DNA from: an uncultured Alphaproteobacteria bacterium
GTDB lineage: Bacteria; Pseudomonadota; Alphaproteobacteria; CAWBKL01
Assembly: GCA_963789405.1 (NCBI GenBank)
Contig: CAWBKL010000005.1
Location: forward strand, 98,088 to 162,087
Length of the DNA: 64,000 nt
Reading direction: 5' to 3'
In this document: piece by piece, positions 53,352 to 63,053 of the stretch
Numbering within the stretch: position 1 is the stretch's first letter
How the letters are laid out: every line of letters starts with the position of its first letter
Made by a program: the position numbers and the translations under genes
The notes under the pieces: generated by a model
Database searches by the model: none
Seen by the model: only the letters and a program-made list of their open reading frames with translations
What the model was told of the DNA's origin: nothing

Positions 53352-54231
53352 ATGGCCCACGCTGAAGTGAAGCACGATTATCAGCTTCTGCCGCCTTCGC
53401 CGTGGCCGGCAGTCGGCTCGCTCAGCGCCTTCACTTTGGCGATCGGCGCCATTATCGCGATGAAGGGCTTTGCCGGCCCCAAGGCCACCGGGTTTATCGA
53501 GTTCTTGTTCGCCAAGGGTCACCCGTGGATCCTCTATCTCGGCTTCCTCATGGTCGCCTTCACCATGTTCTCGTGGTGGCGCGACGTGATCGAAGAATCA
53601 ATTGCTGGCGAGCACACACCGGTTGTGCAACTCAGCTTCCGCTACGGCATGATTCTTTTCATCGCCTCGGAGGTGATGTTCTTCGTCGCTTGGTTCTGGG
53701 CATATTTCTCGCCGGCGCTGTTTCCGGGAGGTGCCGTAGAGGTTGCGCGCGCTGCCTACACGCACGGCGTCTGGCCGCCCAAGGGAATCGAGAACTCCGG
53801 ATCCGTGGGATGTTCCGCTCACCAACACCTTGATCCTTTTGACCTCGGGCACGACGGTCACCTGGGCGCATCACGCCATTCAGAACGGCAACCGCAAGGG
53901 CCTCACTTGGGGCTTGTTGCTCACCGTTCTCCTCGGCATGAGCTTCACGGCGCTGCAGGCACTTGAGTATTCGCATTCGTCCTTCGAATTCTCGGGTGGC
54001 GAATATGGTGGCGCCTTCTTCATGGCGACGGGCTTCCACGGCACGCATGTTATTATCGGCACGATCTTCCTCACGGTCTGTCTCATTCGCGCGCTGATCG
54101 GTCAGTTCACGAAGGAGAAGCATTTCGGTCTTGAAGCTGCCGCTTGGTATTGGCACTTCGTCGACGTTGTCTGGCTGTTCCTGTTCGCCTCCATCTATGT
54201 ATGGGGTGCCAGTCCATCGACGGGCGGGTGA
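53352..54231 (+). pseudogene. ctaE: Cytochrome c oxidase subunit III, at least 1 frameshift near 53800
   Basis: MAHAEVKHDYQLLPPSPWP…FFVAWFWAYF… is in frame A. …[24 protein letters not shown]…[14 protein letters not shown]…[14 protein letters not shown]… is in frame B. Confidence 0.7.
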
Positions 54232-54569
54232 TGCTGTTTCGCTGCCCGCGCTGTGGCGTTGGGCCCCTGTTTCAGGGTGTCTTGAAGCTTGCGCCGGGCT
54301 GCCCGGCTTGTGGCCTTGATTTCAGGCCATACGACCAGGGCGATGGGCCCGCGGCATTTGCTGTTTTCTTCGTTGGCGCAATTGTCGTCGGCTTGGCGCT
54401 CTGGGTGGAGTTCACCTTTCACCCGCCTTGGTGGGTGCATGTGATCCTCTGGGTGCCGACGACTTTCGGCATCACGATCCTCATCCTGCGCGTCATCAAG
54501 GCGTGGCTGGTGCAACAGCAATATCGCCACTTGCCGCCACAGGAGCCGGGCGCAGCACCGCCGCAATGA
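54231..54569 (+). CDS. DUF983 domain-containing protein
   Basis: MLFRCPRCGVGPLFQGVLKLAPGCPACGLDF is the Zn-ribbon-like DUF983 signature, followed by 2 TM helices. This position in cox clusters is typical. Confidence 0.65.
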   Translation: MLFRCPRCGVGPLFQGVLKLAPGCPACGLDFRPYDQGDGPAAFAVFFVGAIVVGLALWVEFTFHPPWWVHVILWVPTTFGITILILRVIKAWLVQQQYRHLPPQEPGAAPPQ

Positions 54570-55291
54570 TCCGTTTTCGTCCGTTACCGGTGTTGACCGT
54601 CTGGACGCTCATCGGCATCGCGCTTTTATGTGGGCTCGGCCAGTGGCAGATCTATCGCCTGCATTGGAAGCTCGGCCTGATCGCGGCGGCACAGACGCGC
54701 TCGCACGCGCCACCCGTGCCCCTTCAAAGCCTTCTGGACAAGCCTGAGCGCAAGGTCGAGTACACCCACGCAGAGACGCAAGGGACGTTCATCGCCGGCC
54801 AGCGCGCCTATCTGTTCTCGCAGCTCGAAGACGGGCGCATCGGGTTTCAGGTGCTCGAGCCCCTGCGGCTTGCCGATGGCCGCGTGCTCATTGTCGATCG
54901 CGGCTTTGTTCCGCAAGGCGACAAGGATATGCCAGCCGCGAGCGCGCCGGCGCCAACCGGTGCGACGCAAATCGAGGGTCTTGTCCGCGGCGAGCAGAAG
55001 CCGAACCTGTTCACTGCGCCCACAGATCCCAAGAACAAGATTTTCTATGTTCGCGACATACCGGCGATTGCGGCGGCAATGGGCGTGAGCGGCGCATTGC
55101 CGGTCATGCTTGCCGAGGATCGCACCGGCCCGCCCGGCACTTATCCCGAGGGCGGCCACACGAAGCTGACCTTCCGCAACGAGCATCTGCAATACGCCGT
55201 CACCTGGTTCTCGCTCGCTTTTGTGCTTTTGGTTATGTACTTCGTCTACCATAAGAACCGCGGGCGGCTGAGCTTCGGCCCGCGCAAATGA
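54566..55291 (+). CDS. SURF1 family cytochrome oxidase biogenesis protein
   Basis: …WTLIGIALLCGLGQWQIYRLHWKLGLI… and the C-terminal …HLQYAVTWFSLAFVLLVMY… are the typical SURF1 TM-flanked fold. Confidence 0.7.
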   Translation: MIRFRPLPVLTVWTLIGIALLCGLGQWQIYRLHWKLGLIAAAQTRSHAPPVPLQSLLDKPERKVEYTHAETQGTFIAGQRAYLFSQLEDGRIGFQVLEPLRLADGRVLIVDRGFVPQGDKDMPAASAPAPTGATQIEGLVRGEQKPNLFTAPTDPKNKIFYVRDIPAIAAAMGVSGALPVMLAEDRTGPPGTYPEGGHTKLTFRNEHLQYAVTWFSLAFVLLVMYFVYHKNRGRLSFGPRK

Positions 55292-55306
55292 GTTGAGAGA
55301 GCAGCC

Positions 55307-56710
55307 TTGCGCTATATCAGCACAAGAGGAAATGCGCCGGCGGCGAGCTTTAGGGATGTGCTCCTGCGGGGGCTCGCGCCCGATGGCGGTCTCTATGTGC
55401 CGCAGAGCTGGCCGCAGATCAGCGCTGCGGAATTCGATGTGCTCAAAGGCCGTCCGTATGCGGATGTGGCGCTGCGTGTGATCAGGCCTTTCGTCATCGA
55501 TGAGATCGACGAGGCGAGCCTTAGAGGCATGATCGCCGAAAGCTACGCTTGTTTTGATCACCAGCTCGTTGCGCCGCTCGTGCAGCTCGGCCCATCGGAT
55601 TGGCTTCTGGAGCTCTTCCACGGGCCCACGCTCGCTTTCAAGGATGTCGCGCTTCAATTACTCGGCCGCCTGTTCAGCCATGTACTTGGCGAGAGCGGCA
55701 CGGAGCTGACCATCGTCGGCGCGACATCAGGCGATACCGGCTCGGCGGCGATCGAGGCGATCAAAGGCAGGCCCGGCATGCGGATCGTGATCCTTCATCC
55801 GGAGGGCCGCGTCTCGGATGTGCAAAGACGTCAGATGACGACTGCGCATGAGCCAAATGTCATGAACATTGCCGTCACCGGCACATTCGATGATTGCCAG
55901 CGCATCTTGAAGGAGCTGTTCGCCGATACGGCATTTGCAAGCGAGATCGGGCTTTCGGGCATCAACTCGATCAATTGGGCGCGCATCATGGCGCAAGCGG
56001 TTTACTACGTGACTGCCGCTCTTGCCCTTGGAGCGCCTGAACGCAAATCCACATTCGTCGTACCGACCGGAAATTTCGGCGATATCTATGCCGGCTATGT
56101 TGCTGCACGCATGGGGCTGCCGATCGAGGGCCTGGTCATCGCGACCAACATCAACGATATCCTGGCGCGCACGATTGCGAGCGGCCGCTACGAGATCAGA
56201 GGCGTCACGCCGACAACCAGCCCCTCGATGGATATCGAGGTCTCCAGCAATTTCGAGCGTCTGGTGTTTGAGGCAACAGGCCGCGACGCCGCCCGGACCA
56301 ATGGGCTGTTTGCGTCGCTGCGCCAGTCAGGCAGCTTCGAATTGCCGGCGAAGGCGCGCGCCGAAATTGCGAGGACGTTCTCGGCTGAGCGCGCCACTGA
56401 AGACGAGGTTGGGGCCGCTATAGCGCGCGCCTACGGAAACACCAGGCGGCTCATCGATCCGCATACCGCCGTTGGCGTTGTCGCGGCGGAGAAGGCGCGT
56501 GGATCTGGGGCGCTCGCCGCCGCGGCCCCCGCTGTCATCCTGGCAACCGCCCATCCGGCGAAGTTTCCCGATGCGGTCGAGAAGGCGACCGGGGTACGGC
56601 CCGCTCTTCCCTCACGGCTCGAGGACCTGATGACCCGGGAGGAGCGGTTCGAGACGGCGCCCCCCGAGGCGGCGGCCATCAAGGCGCTGATCCGGAGCCG
56701 ATTGCGCTGA
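55307..56710 (+). CDS. thrC: Threonine synthase
   Basis: 467 aa PLP-dependent product (MRYISTRGNAPAASFRDVLLRGLAPDGGLYVP… and the …HGPTLAFKDVALQLLG… PLP-lysine region). Confidence 0.85.
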   Translation: MRYISTRGNAPAASFRDVLLRGLAPDGGLYVPQSWPQISAAEFDVLKGRPYADVALRVIRPFVIDEIDEASLRGMIAESYACFDHQLVAPLVQLGPSDWLLELFHGPTLAFKDVALQLLGRLFSHVLGESGTELTIVGATSGDTGSAAIEAIKGRPGMRIVILHPEGRVSDVQRRQMTTAHEPNVMNIAVTGTFDDCQRILKELFADTAFASEIGLSGINSINWARIMAQAVYYVTAALALGAPERKSTFVVPTGNFGDIYAGYVAARMGLPIEGLVIATNINDILARTIASGRYEIRGVTPTTSPSMDIEVSSNFERLVFEATGRDAARTNGLFASLRQSGSFELPAKARAEIARTFSAERATEDEVGAAIARAYGNTRRLIDPHTAVGVVAAEKARGSGALAAAAPAVILATAHPAKFPDAVEKATGVRPALPSRLEDLMTREERFETAPPEAAAIKALIRSRLR

Positions 56711-56762
56711 CGGCTCGGCTTTCCGGCAAACTTGGTCGAGGCCGGAATCAGAAGGGGCTGCC

Positions 56763-57350
56763 GTGGCGCTCTTGAGCACCAACAATCACTCGGAAAGCGA
56801 TCGCCAAGTGGATTCGGGCGCGGTCTATCTGCGCTATCCGGCACCCAGTGACTATCAGCAATGGGCCGAGCTGCGTGAGCAAAGCCGGAACTTTCTTGTG
56901 CCGTGGGAGCCGGTTTGGCCGATCGACGATTTGACCCGCGCAGCGTTCCGCCGGCGCCTGCGGCGTTACGCGCGTGAGATCAGAGACGAGATCGCCCATC
57001 CATTCTTCCTTTTCCGTTCGAGCGATGATGCGCTGGTCGGCAGTTGTATTCTCAGCAATATCCGGCGCGGCGTCGCGCAGGCCGGCACACTGGGCTACTG
57101 GATCGGCGAGCGCTACGCGCGCAGAGGCTATATGAGCGAGGCGGTGAGAGGCGTCGTCTCATTTGCCTTTGATGAACTGAGCCTGCACCGCGTGGAGGCC
57201 GCGTGCTTGCCGACAAACGAGCCAAGCCGGCGCTTGCTCAAGTCCGTTGGTTTCACCGAAGAAGGCAAGGCGCGCGCCTATTTGAAAATCAATGGCCGCT
57301 GGGAGGACCATCTGCTGTTCGCGATTGTCACCACGGACCCAAGGCCGTAA
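56763..57350 (+). CDS. GNAT family N-acetyltransferase (RimJ/RimL-like)
   Basis: The GNAT fold is shown by …GYWIGERYARRGYMSEAVRGVVSFAFDELSLHRVEAACLPTNEPSRRLLKSVGFTEEG…. Confidence 0.65.
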   Translation: MALLSTNNHSESDRQVDSGAVYLRYPAPSDYQQWAELREQSRNFLVPWEPVWPIDDLTRAAFRRRLRRYAREIRDEIAHPFFLFRSSDDALVGSCILSNIRRGVAQAGTLGYWIGERYARRGYMSEAVRGVVSFAFDELSLHRVEAACLPTNEPSRRLLKSVGFTEEGKARAYLKINGRWEDHLLFAIVTTDPRP

Positions 57351-57355
57351 CGAGA

Positions 57356-57884
57356 TCAAGCGCGGCGATAGGGAAAGCAGCGATCGTGCGTCAGCTCGAT
57401 TCCGAAATGCTGGCCAAGCGCGATGATCGCTGCCTCATGCTCAGGATAAGGATCGGCATTGCCGGCGGCGACGATGATGATACGGAAGTGTCCGTCATCG
57501 TTTCCTCCGGGCGGCAGCATGGCGGTTGCGAGCGCATTGCCTTCTGAATCGCGCAAAGTCAGAAACAGCGGCATCTGCTGGCGTAGATGCGCGTTAAGCC
57601 CGATATCACGCTCGATATAATTTGTCGAAGTCGGCTGATAGCTCTCTTTGGCCTTCTCGCGCTCGAGGCGGAAGTGTTTTTCGACGGCGTGATTCATCGC
57701 GCTCGAACTCAAGCGCCGCTTCACCCTCCGTCTCGATGCGAAACCAAGTCTTGCCGGATGGGGCATCGCAGATGAATTGCATTCCGTTCATCCTTGTTGC
57801 GAAAGAGTGAACACCATCATGGCACCCGCCGCGCCTCCATTGAAGGTGCGGCGCGATGAAATGTCCATTACGCAACAACCACAC
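57356..57884 (-). pseudogene. Conserved hypothetical protein, 1 frameshift near 57690
   Basis: Two collinear minus-strand ORFs (57606..57884 and 57356..57766) appear to encode one about 135 aa protein of unknown function. Confidence 0.3.
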
Positions 57885-58046
57885 TTCTGTTGAATTAGAT
57901 CACCCCGGGCGCGTTGGAAGTGATTCCTTCAAGGATTCATAGGCCCGCCTTGCGTGAACGAATTCTCTATCACTCGCGTGTAGCTTCTCGTATTGGCAGC
58001 CGATTGGGGCATCGCCGCCGCGGCAATATTTCATTCAGGGCCTTGA

Positions 58047-61000
58047 TTGGTTATGGCGTACCTGCCCGGGACCAAATGCCTTAGCCCAGCAGGATTGTTG
58101 GGCTTTTTCGCTTGCCTTGTGATGTTTCTCAGCTGCGCGGGAACAGTCAGCGCCGCTCCGGCGAGCACCCCGGTACGGATCGACGGGCACCACGCTGTTC
58201 AAGACATTACCCAATTCCTAACGCCGATCCTGACGCCCAAAGCGACGGACGACCAAGGACATATCGCTGAGCCCCGGCCGCGCGCGCTTGCGCTTGACGA
58301 TGCCTTTTTGGGTTGGTCGTCAGTTACGCTTGAAAACACCTTGCCCAGACCGGTCACGCGCATTCTGGTCTTCAGCTATCCGGCGCTTCCGAGAGCGAGC
58401 GGCTTCGGCGCGCCATTCGCGCATCCGCGCATAAGCGACATCCGCGCGGTCGATGGTGAACTGCCGTTAGAGGACGTATTTGCTCACGTCAATAATCGCT
58501 ACGCGACCTTGCGCGTGACATTGCCGCCGAATGGATCGCGGACCTTGGCGTTTCTGACAGAGGGTGGCGCACGGGCGACAACGGTGCGCGCTTGGGACCC
58601 GAGGACTCTATCGCGGTTCGACTCTTTTCTTCTCATCACAATAGGTTTGTTCTGGGGCATTCTGTTCATGGGCGCGGCGCTCATGTTCGCGTTGCGCTTG
58701 CTTGCTGGTGGGCCCGGGCTCACGGCAGGCGGAGCGTTTGCCCTTGCAACACTTGCCTTTGAGGCAATCTGTTTTTCCGCCGGCGTGACATCGGGGATGC
58801 CGTGGTTCCTTCGCCTGGTCGCCGCTGGCTCGTCGCGCTTGATCGCGCTTGTTCTCGTTTGTGTTCTAGGTCTCGCATTTCTCCGCCAGGTTTTGATGCT
58901 TCGCGATGAGTCGCCGATAGCGGATCTGATTGTGCGCGTCGTGCAATATGCCCTGCTGATAGCCATACCAATGATCTTCTGGTCGATCGGCCCGCCGGCC
59001 GCTCGCATCGCGGTGGCAATCACTCTGGTGACGTCCGGCGCGACCGTCTGGCATGCACGCCGCACAATGCCCGATGCGTTGCAGCTGGTGCCGCCGGGCT
59101 GGTGGCTCATTGCGTTTTCGGCCGCGGCGGCTTTTGCGATCAGCGCAACGGGATATTCGGGCGGCGGTCCGCTCACCGAAATCCTGCTCCATGGCGCCTT
59201 TGTCGTGGGCGTGACGATTCTTCTCTTCTCCGCTGCCGTGCCCGCGACATTTTCCAATGGTGTGTTCGAGTATGCCGCGCCGCAAGCGCCGCCGGTTCAG
59301 GCATTTGCGCGCGATGGCAGCGATCTTCCCGAGCCTGTTTCGCCGGCTTTGCCTGCCAAACGGTCACCCTCGGGCGAAGGCAGCTACCAAGGACTGTGGG
59401 ATTGGTCGATCGCCGAGGACCGGCTTTATATATCGCCGTCGATTGAGCGAATGATGGGCCTTCCCGAGGGCGCCATCAAAGGCAAGGAGCGGCATTGGAT
59501 TGCTCGCATTGTCGAGGAAGACCGCAAAGTCTATGTCGACACCTTCCATCATTACGTCGAGCAAGGCAGCTCGTCTTTCGCTCTTGAGTTTCGGGTTCAT
59601 CACGAAGACGGCGGCATCAGGTGGCTGCAATTGCGTGCGACAGGGCTTGCGGGCGAGGGCGGACGCGCAAGCAGAATCATCGGCATCGTCACTGATATCA
59701 CCGCTGCGAAAGTGGCCGAGCAAAAGCTCGTGCACGATGCCTCGCATGATCCCCTGACGGGCATCGGCAACCGCATATTCCTGATCTCGCACCTGGAGTG
59801 GGCGATTGAAAATCGCCGCGGGCATCCGCTGATCGATCTCAAGACCGGCCAGCCGATCAATCCGGTCCTGATCCTTCTTGATATCGATCGCTTCAAGTGG
59901 ATCAACGGCGAATTTGGCAGGCCTGCAGGCGACAAGCTGCTCAAGCAGATTGCGCGATTGATCGAGCAATCGCTGGGCGCGGGCGACTTTGTCGCGCGTA
60001 TTGGCGCTGATGAGTTCGCCGTTCTCCTAACACCGCGTGCTGGTGAGGCAGGTCGCCCGCCCGCAATGAGAGATCCCCGGGAGATGACAAAGCTCTTGGG
60101 AAAGGTCTTTGCTGAGCCGCTTGAGCTTGGCGAGGAGACGCTGACGCCCTCGGCGGCGATTGCTTGTGTTGAGATCGATGAGCAATTCGGCCAGGCCGGA
60201 GAAGTTCTGGCGCAAGCCGAGTATGCCTTGAGCCGCGCGCGTCGTGACGGCAGCGAAGCCGAGCCGGCATCGTCGAGCCGGGCTTTGGTTGCGCCGAAAC
60301 AAATGCACCCGACAGGTCTGGCAACAGCAGCAGCTCTGGCGCGCGCCAATTCGGCCAAAGGCCTTGACCGGGTGAAGCGCGAGCTGACGGCCGAGGAGCA
60401 AGAAAACGCAGTGTTCGAGGCGGATCTGCGCGGCGCCATACAGCGCGACCAGATCAGCATCGTGTTCCAGCCGATCATCTCGCTGAAGGATCGCTCGCTC
60501 GCCGGTTTCGAGGCCATGATGCGCTGGCAGCACCCGCAGCGCGGCGTTGTCTCAGCCGACAAATTCATTCCACTCGCCGAAGCGACCGGCCTCATCGCAA
60601 CCCTTGGCCGTTTCGAGCTGTCGATGGCGGCCATGCAGCTCGCGCAATGGCAAAGCTTTTTCCCGCTCAGCCCGCCGCTCTTCATCTCGATAAGTGTATC
60701 GAGCCGACAACTTTTGGGGATGGAGTTCGGCCGCGACGTATCGGCTGTGCTGAATACGCTCAAGCTTGCGCCGGGCTCGCTCAGGCTGGATATGCCGGAA
60801 TTGCTTGCCTACGAAGATCAGGTGCAGGTTGCCCAGCTGCTCGACGCAATCAAGTCGGATGGCGTTTCAGTGGAGCTCGGCGATTACGGTCACGGCGGCT
60901 CCAATCTCGATCGACTTCGTGCGTTGCCGCTGTCCGCAGTCAGAATTGATCGCGATCTAACCGAGGGCCTGGGCACCAATGCGCGTGCCGATCAGATGTT

Positions 61001-61211
61001 GCGCGCAACCATCGCTGCCGCGCGAGACATGAAGCTACCGCTGATCGGTCAAGGCGTCGACACCGAAGCCGAGGCGCAAGCCTTGTCCAGATTGGGTTGC
61101 GATTTTGCTCAAGGCAATCTGTCCGGCGTGCCGATGAACGCGAGCGATGCGCAGCGCTTCATTGCTATGCATTGGAAGGTCGAAGCATCCGCACGCAGCA
61201 AGATCGCCTGA
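58047..61211 (+). CDS. Membrane-anchored signalling protein: signal peptide, periplasmic domain, about 7 TM, PAS, GGDEF (GADEF variant) and EAL (degenerate) domains
   Basis: 1054 aa intact ORF. The PAS domain is at about aa 440-560. The GGDEF domain has …RIGADEFAVLL…. The EAL domain has FEAMMRW instead of EALxR, GDYGHGGS instead of DDFGTGYSS, and QGVDTEAEA instead of EGVE(T). Confidence 0.75.
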   Translation: MVMAYLPGTKCLSPAGLLGFFACLVMFLSCAGTVSAAPASTPVRIDGHHAVQDITQFLTPILTPKATDDQGHIAEPRPRALALDDAFLGWSSVTLENTLPRPVTRILVFSYPALPRASGFGAPFAHPRISDIRAVDGELPLEDVFAHVNNRYATLRVTLPPNGSRTLAFLTEGGARATTVRAWDPRTLSRFDSFLLITIGLFWGILFMGAALMFALRLLAGGPGLTAGGAFALATLAFEAICFSAGVTSGMPWFLRLVAAGSSRLIALVLVCVLGLAFLRQVLMLRDESPIADLIVRVVQYALLIAIPMIFWSIGPPAARIAVAITLVTSGATVWHARRTMPDALQLVPPGWWLIAFSAAAAFAISATGYSGGGPLTEILLHGAFVVGVTILLFSAAVPATFSNGVFEYAAPQAPPVQAFARDGSDLPEPVSPALPAKRSPSGEGSYQGLWDWSIAEDRLYISPSIERMMGLPEGAIKGKERHWIARIVEEDRKVYVDTFHHYVEQGSSSFALEFRVHHEDGGIRWLQLRATGLAGEGGRASRIIGIVTDITAAKVAEQKLVHDASHDPLTGIGNRIFLISHLEWAIENRRGHPLIDLKTGQPINPVLILLDIDRFKWINGEFGRPAGDKLLKQIARLIEQSLGAGDFVARIGADEFAVLLTPRAGEAGRPPAMRDPREMTKLLGKVFAEPLELGEETLTPSAAIACVEIDEQFGQAGEVLAQAEYALSRARRDGSEAEPASSSRALVAPKQMHPTGLATAAALARANSAKGLDRVKRELTAEEQENAVFEADLRGAIQRDQISIVFQPIISLKDRSLAGFEAMMRWQHPQRGVVSADKFIPLAEATGLIATLGRFELSMAAMQLAQWQSFFPLSPPLFISISVSSRQLLGMEFGRDVSAVLNTLKLAPGSLRLDMPELLAYEDQVQVAQLLDAIKSDGVSVELGDYGHGGSNLDRLRALPLSAVRIDRDLTEGLGTNARADQMLRATIAAARDMKLPLIGQGVDTEAEAQALSRLGCDFAQGNLSGVPMNASDAQRFIAMHWKVEASARSKIA

Positions 61212-61217
61212 TGCTGA

Positions 61218-61835
61218 TCAGGCGTGTCCTGCTTGGCCGGAAAGATGTTGCGGCTGAAACCCGAGCGTGTTGATCGCACGCGCCCACTTCGAATCGAGAT
61301 CCTGATCGAACAGCAAGTCCGGATCTGCGTCGCAATGCAGCCAGCCATTGGCGAGAATTTCGCTCTCGAGCTGTCCAGGACCCCAGCCGGCATATCCAAG
61401 CGCCAGCAGCGCTTTTTCGGGGCCCTTGCCGGCAGCAATTGCGCGCAGGACATCGAGCGTTGCGGTAAGTCCGATATCTGAGCCGATGCGCAGGGTCGAA
61501 TCGTCCATATGATAATCGGATGAATGGAGCACAAATCCCCGGCCAGTCTCGACTGGTCCGCCAACTTGGATCGGCACATTGAGATCGTTGCGCAGGATCG
61601 GCTCGATATTGAGCTGGCTGAGAAGCTCAGGGAATGTGATGTGCGTTGCCGGCCGGTTGATGATCAGGCCCATCGCACGCTCCGAGGAGTGCGAGCACAG
61701 ATAGATCACGCTGCGTGCAAAGCGCGGATCATCCATTGACGGCATAGCGACAAGCAGCTTGCCGACCAGAAAATCACTGGATTTGCCGCGGTCCGATCCT
61801 AAGTGCAAAGAGATTTCCGACAAGCCACCCTCCAC
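61218..61835 (-). CDS. YqgE/AlgH family protein (UPF0301)
   Basis: …[40 protein letters not shown]… is the YqgE/AlgH signature. Confidence 0.7.
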   Translation of the reverse strand: MEGGLSEISLHLGSDRGKSSDFLVGKLLVAMPSMDDPRFARSVIYLCSHSSERAMGLIINRPATHITFPELLSQLNIEPILRNDLNVPIQVGGPVETGRGFVLHSSDYHMDDSTLRIGSDIGLTATLDVLRAIAAGKGPEKALLALGYAGWGPGQLESEILANGWLHCDADPDLLFDQDLDSKWARAINTLGFQPQHLSGQAGHA

Positions 61836-62055
61836 CGACGCAAGACCTTTGGTTACATATTAGCGGACTTGAAGCCGCTTTCTATGGGACCGGCCCAAAC
61901 GTGTGTGAGTAAGGCAAGCCCTGTGCCATCGAAACATCATCTCTTGCGCCCAACTTAGGGTCAAAGACCGCGCGGCGCGAGGGTCCAGCCGGTTCCATTC
62001 TCGTGAGGGGCGAGCTAAATCTTTCAATGGGATACAGCTGCGAAAGGAAACCGCC

Positions 62056-62538
62056 ATGACCATCAAAGTCGGAGATAAGCTGCCACAGGCCACATTTACT
62101 ACGATGACGGCGGAGGGGCCGCGGCCGATGACCACATCCGAGGTGTTCGGAGGTAAGAAGGTTGCATTGTTTGCCGTGCCCGGCGCGTTCACGCCGACAT
62201 GTTCAGCAAAGCATCTGCCCGGCTTTGTCAACAACTTCGATTCGCTCAAGCAGAAAGGCATCGACCGAATCGTCTGCGTGTCAGTCAATGACGTCTTCGT
62301 CATGTCCGCCTGGGGCAAGGACCAGAAGGTCGGCGACAAGGTGCTGATGCTTGCTGATGGCAATGGCGAGTTTGCGAAAGCGATCGGTCTTGAGCTCGAT
62401 GCCAAGGGGTTCGGCATGGGAACACGCAGCCAGCGCTATTCGATGATTGTCGATAACGGTGTTGTGAAGCAGCTCAATGTCGAGGCGGGCGGTGAGTTCA
62501 AAGTCTCTGCCGCGGAATACATGCTTGGCCAGCTTTGA
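62056..62538 (+). CDS. Peroxiredoxin (Prx5-like, thiol peroxidase)
   Basis: 160 aa product with …VALFAVPGAFTPTCSAKHLPGF… and the peroxidatic Cys in a PGAFTPTCS context, typical of the Prx5 subfamily. Confidence 0.75.
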   Translation: MTIKVGDKLPQATFTTMTAEGPRPMTTSEVFGGKKVALFAVPGAFTPTCSAKHLPGFVNNFDSLKQKGIDRIVCVSVNDVFVMSAWGKDQKVGDKVLMLADGNGEFAKAIGLELDAKGFGMGTRSQRYSMIVDNGVVKQLNVEAGGEFKVSAAEYMLGQL

Positions 62539-62550
62539 GAATTGGGAACA

Positions 62551-62602
62551 GGCAGTCGGCAGTAGGACGCGGTTCTTTCTCGACTGCCGATTGCCTACTG
62601 CC
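62551..62602. terminator. Long imperfect hairpin between convergent prx and rnhA (putative bidirectional terminator)
   Basis: ggcagtagg (62558-62566) pairs with cctactgcc (62594-62602). An alternative inner stem cagtcggcag/ctgccgattg exists. It overlaps the rnhA stop. Confidence 0.3.
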
Positions 62603-63053
62603 CGCTGCCCAGTGCAGAGATTGCAGCACGAGCGAGTTCGTCCGCCCGCTCGTTCAGCAGATTGCCGTCATGGCCTTTGACCCAATGCCAGCGCACATGG
62701 TGCCGCTCCAAGAGCGGCTCCATGCGCTGCCATAGATCGACATTTTTCACCGGCTTCTTGTCGGCGGTTTTCCAACCGCGCGCTTTCCACGCCTTCATCC
62801 ACTCGGTGACGCCGCGCTGGAGATATTGGGAATCCGTGTAGAGGTCGACTTGCATCGGGCGCTTGAGCGCTTCGAGCGCTTGAATTGCCGCCATCATTTC
62901 CATGCGATTGTTCGTCGTCTCTTGCTCGCCGCCGGAGATCTCCTTCTGCGCTGAGCCGTATCTCAGAATCGCACCCCAGCCGCCGGGCCCGGGATTGCCG
63001 GAGCAGGCGCCGTCGGTGTGAATCTCGACCTGCTTGGGCGCGGAATCAGACAT
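62595..63053 (-). CDS. rnhA: Ribonuclease HI
   Basis: 152 aa product; …[22 protein letters not shown]…[15 protein letters not shown]… has the canonical RNase H DEDD residues. Confidence 0.85.
   Translation of the reverse strand: MSDSAPKQVEIHTDGACSGNPGPGGWGAILRYGSAQKEISGGEQETTNNRMEMMAAIQALEALKRPMQVDLYTDSQYLQRGVTEWMKAWKARGWKTADKKPVKNVDLWQRMEPLLERHHVRWHWVKGHDGNLLNERADELARAAISALGSGQ

Noticed and set aside
58499-60763. Minus-strand ORFs of 252 and 387 aa inside the GGDEF-EAL gene
   Set aside because: They are antisense shadows. The + strand gene is intact over 3.1 kb with clear PAS, GGDEF and EAL domains.
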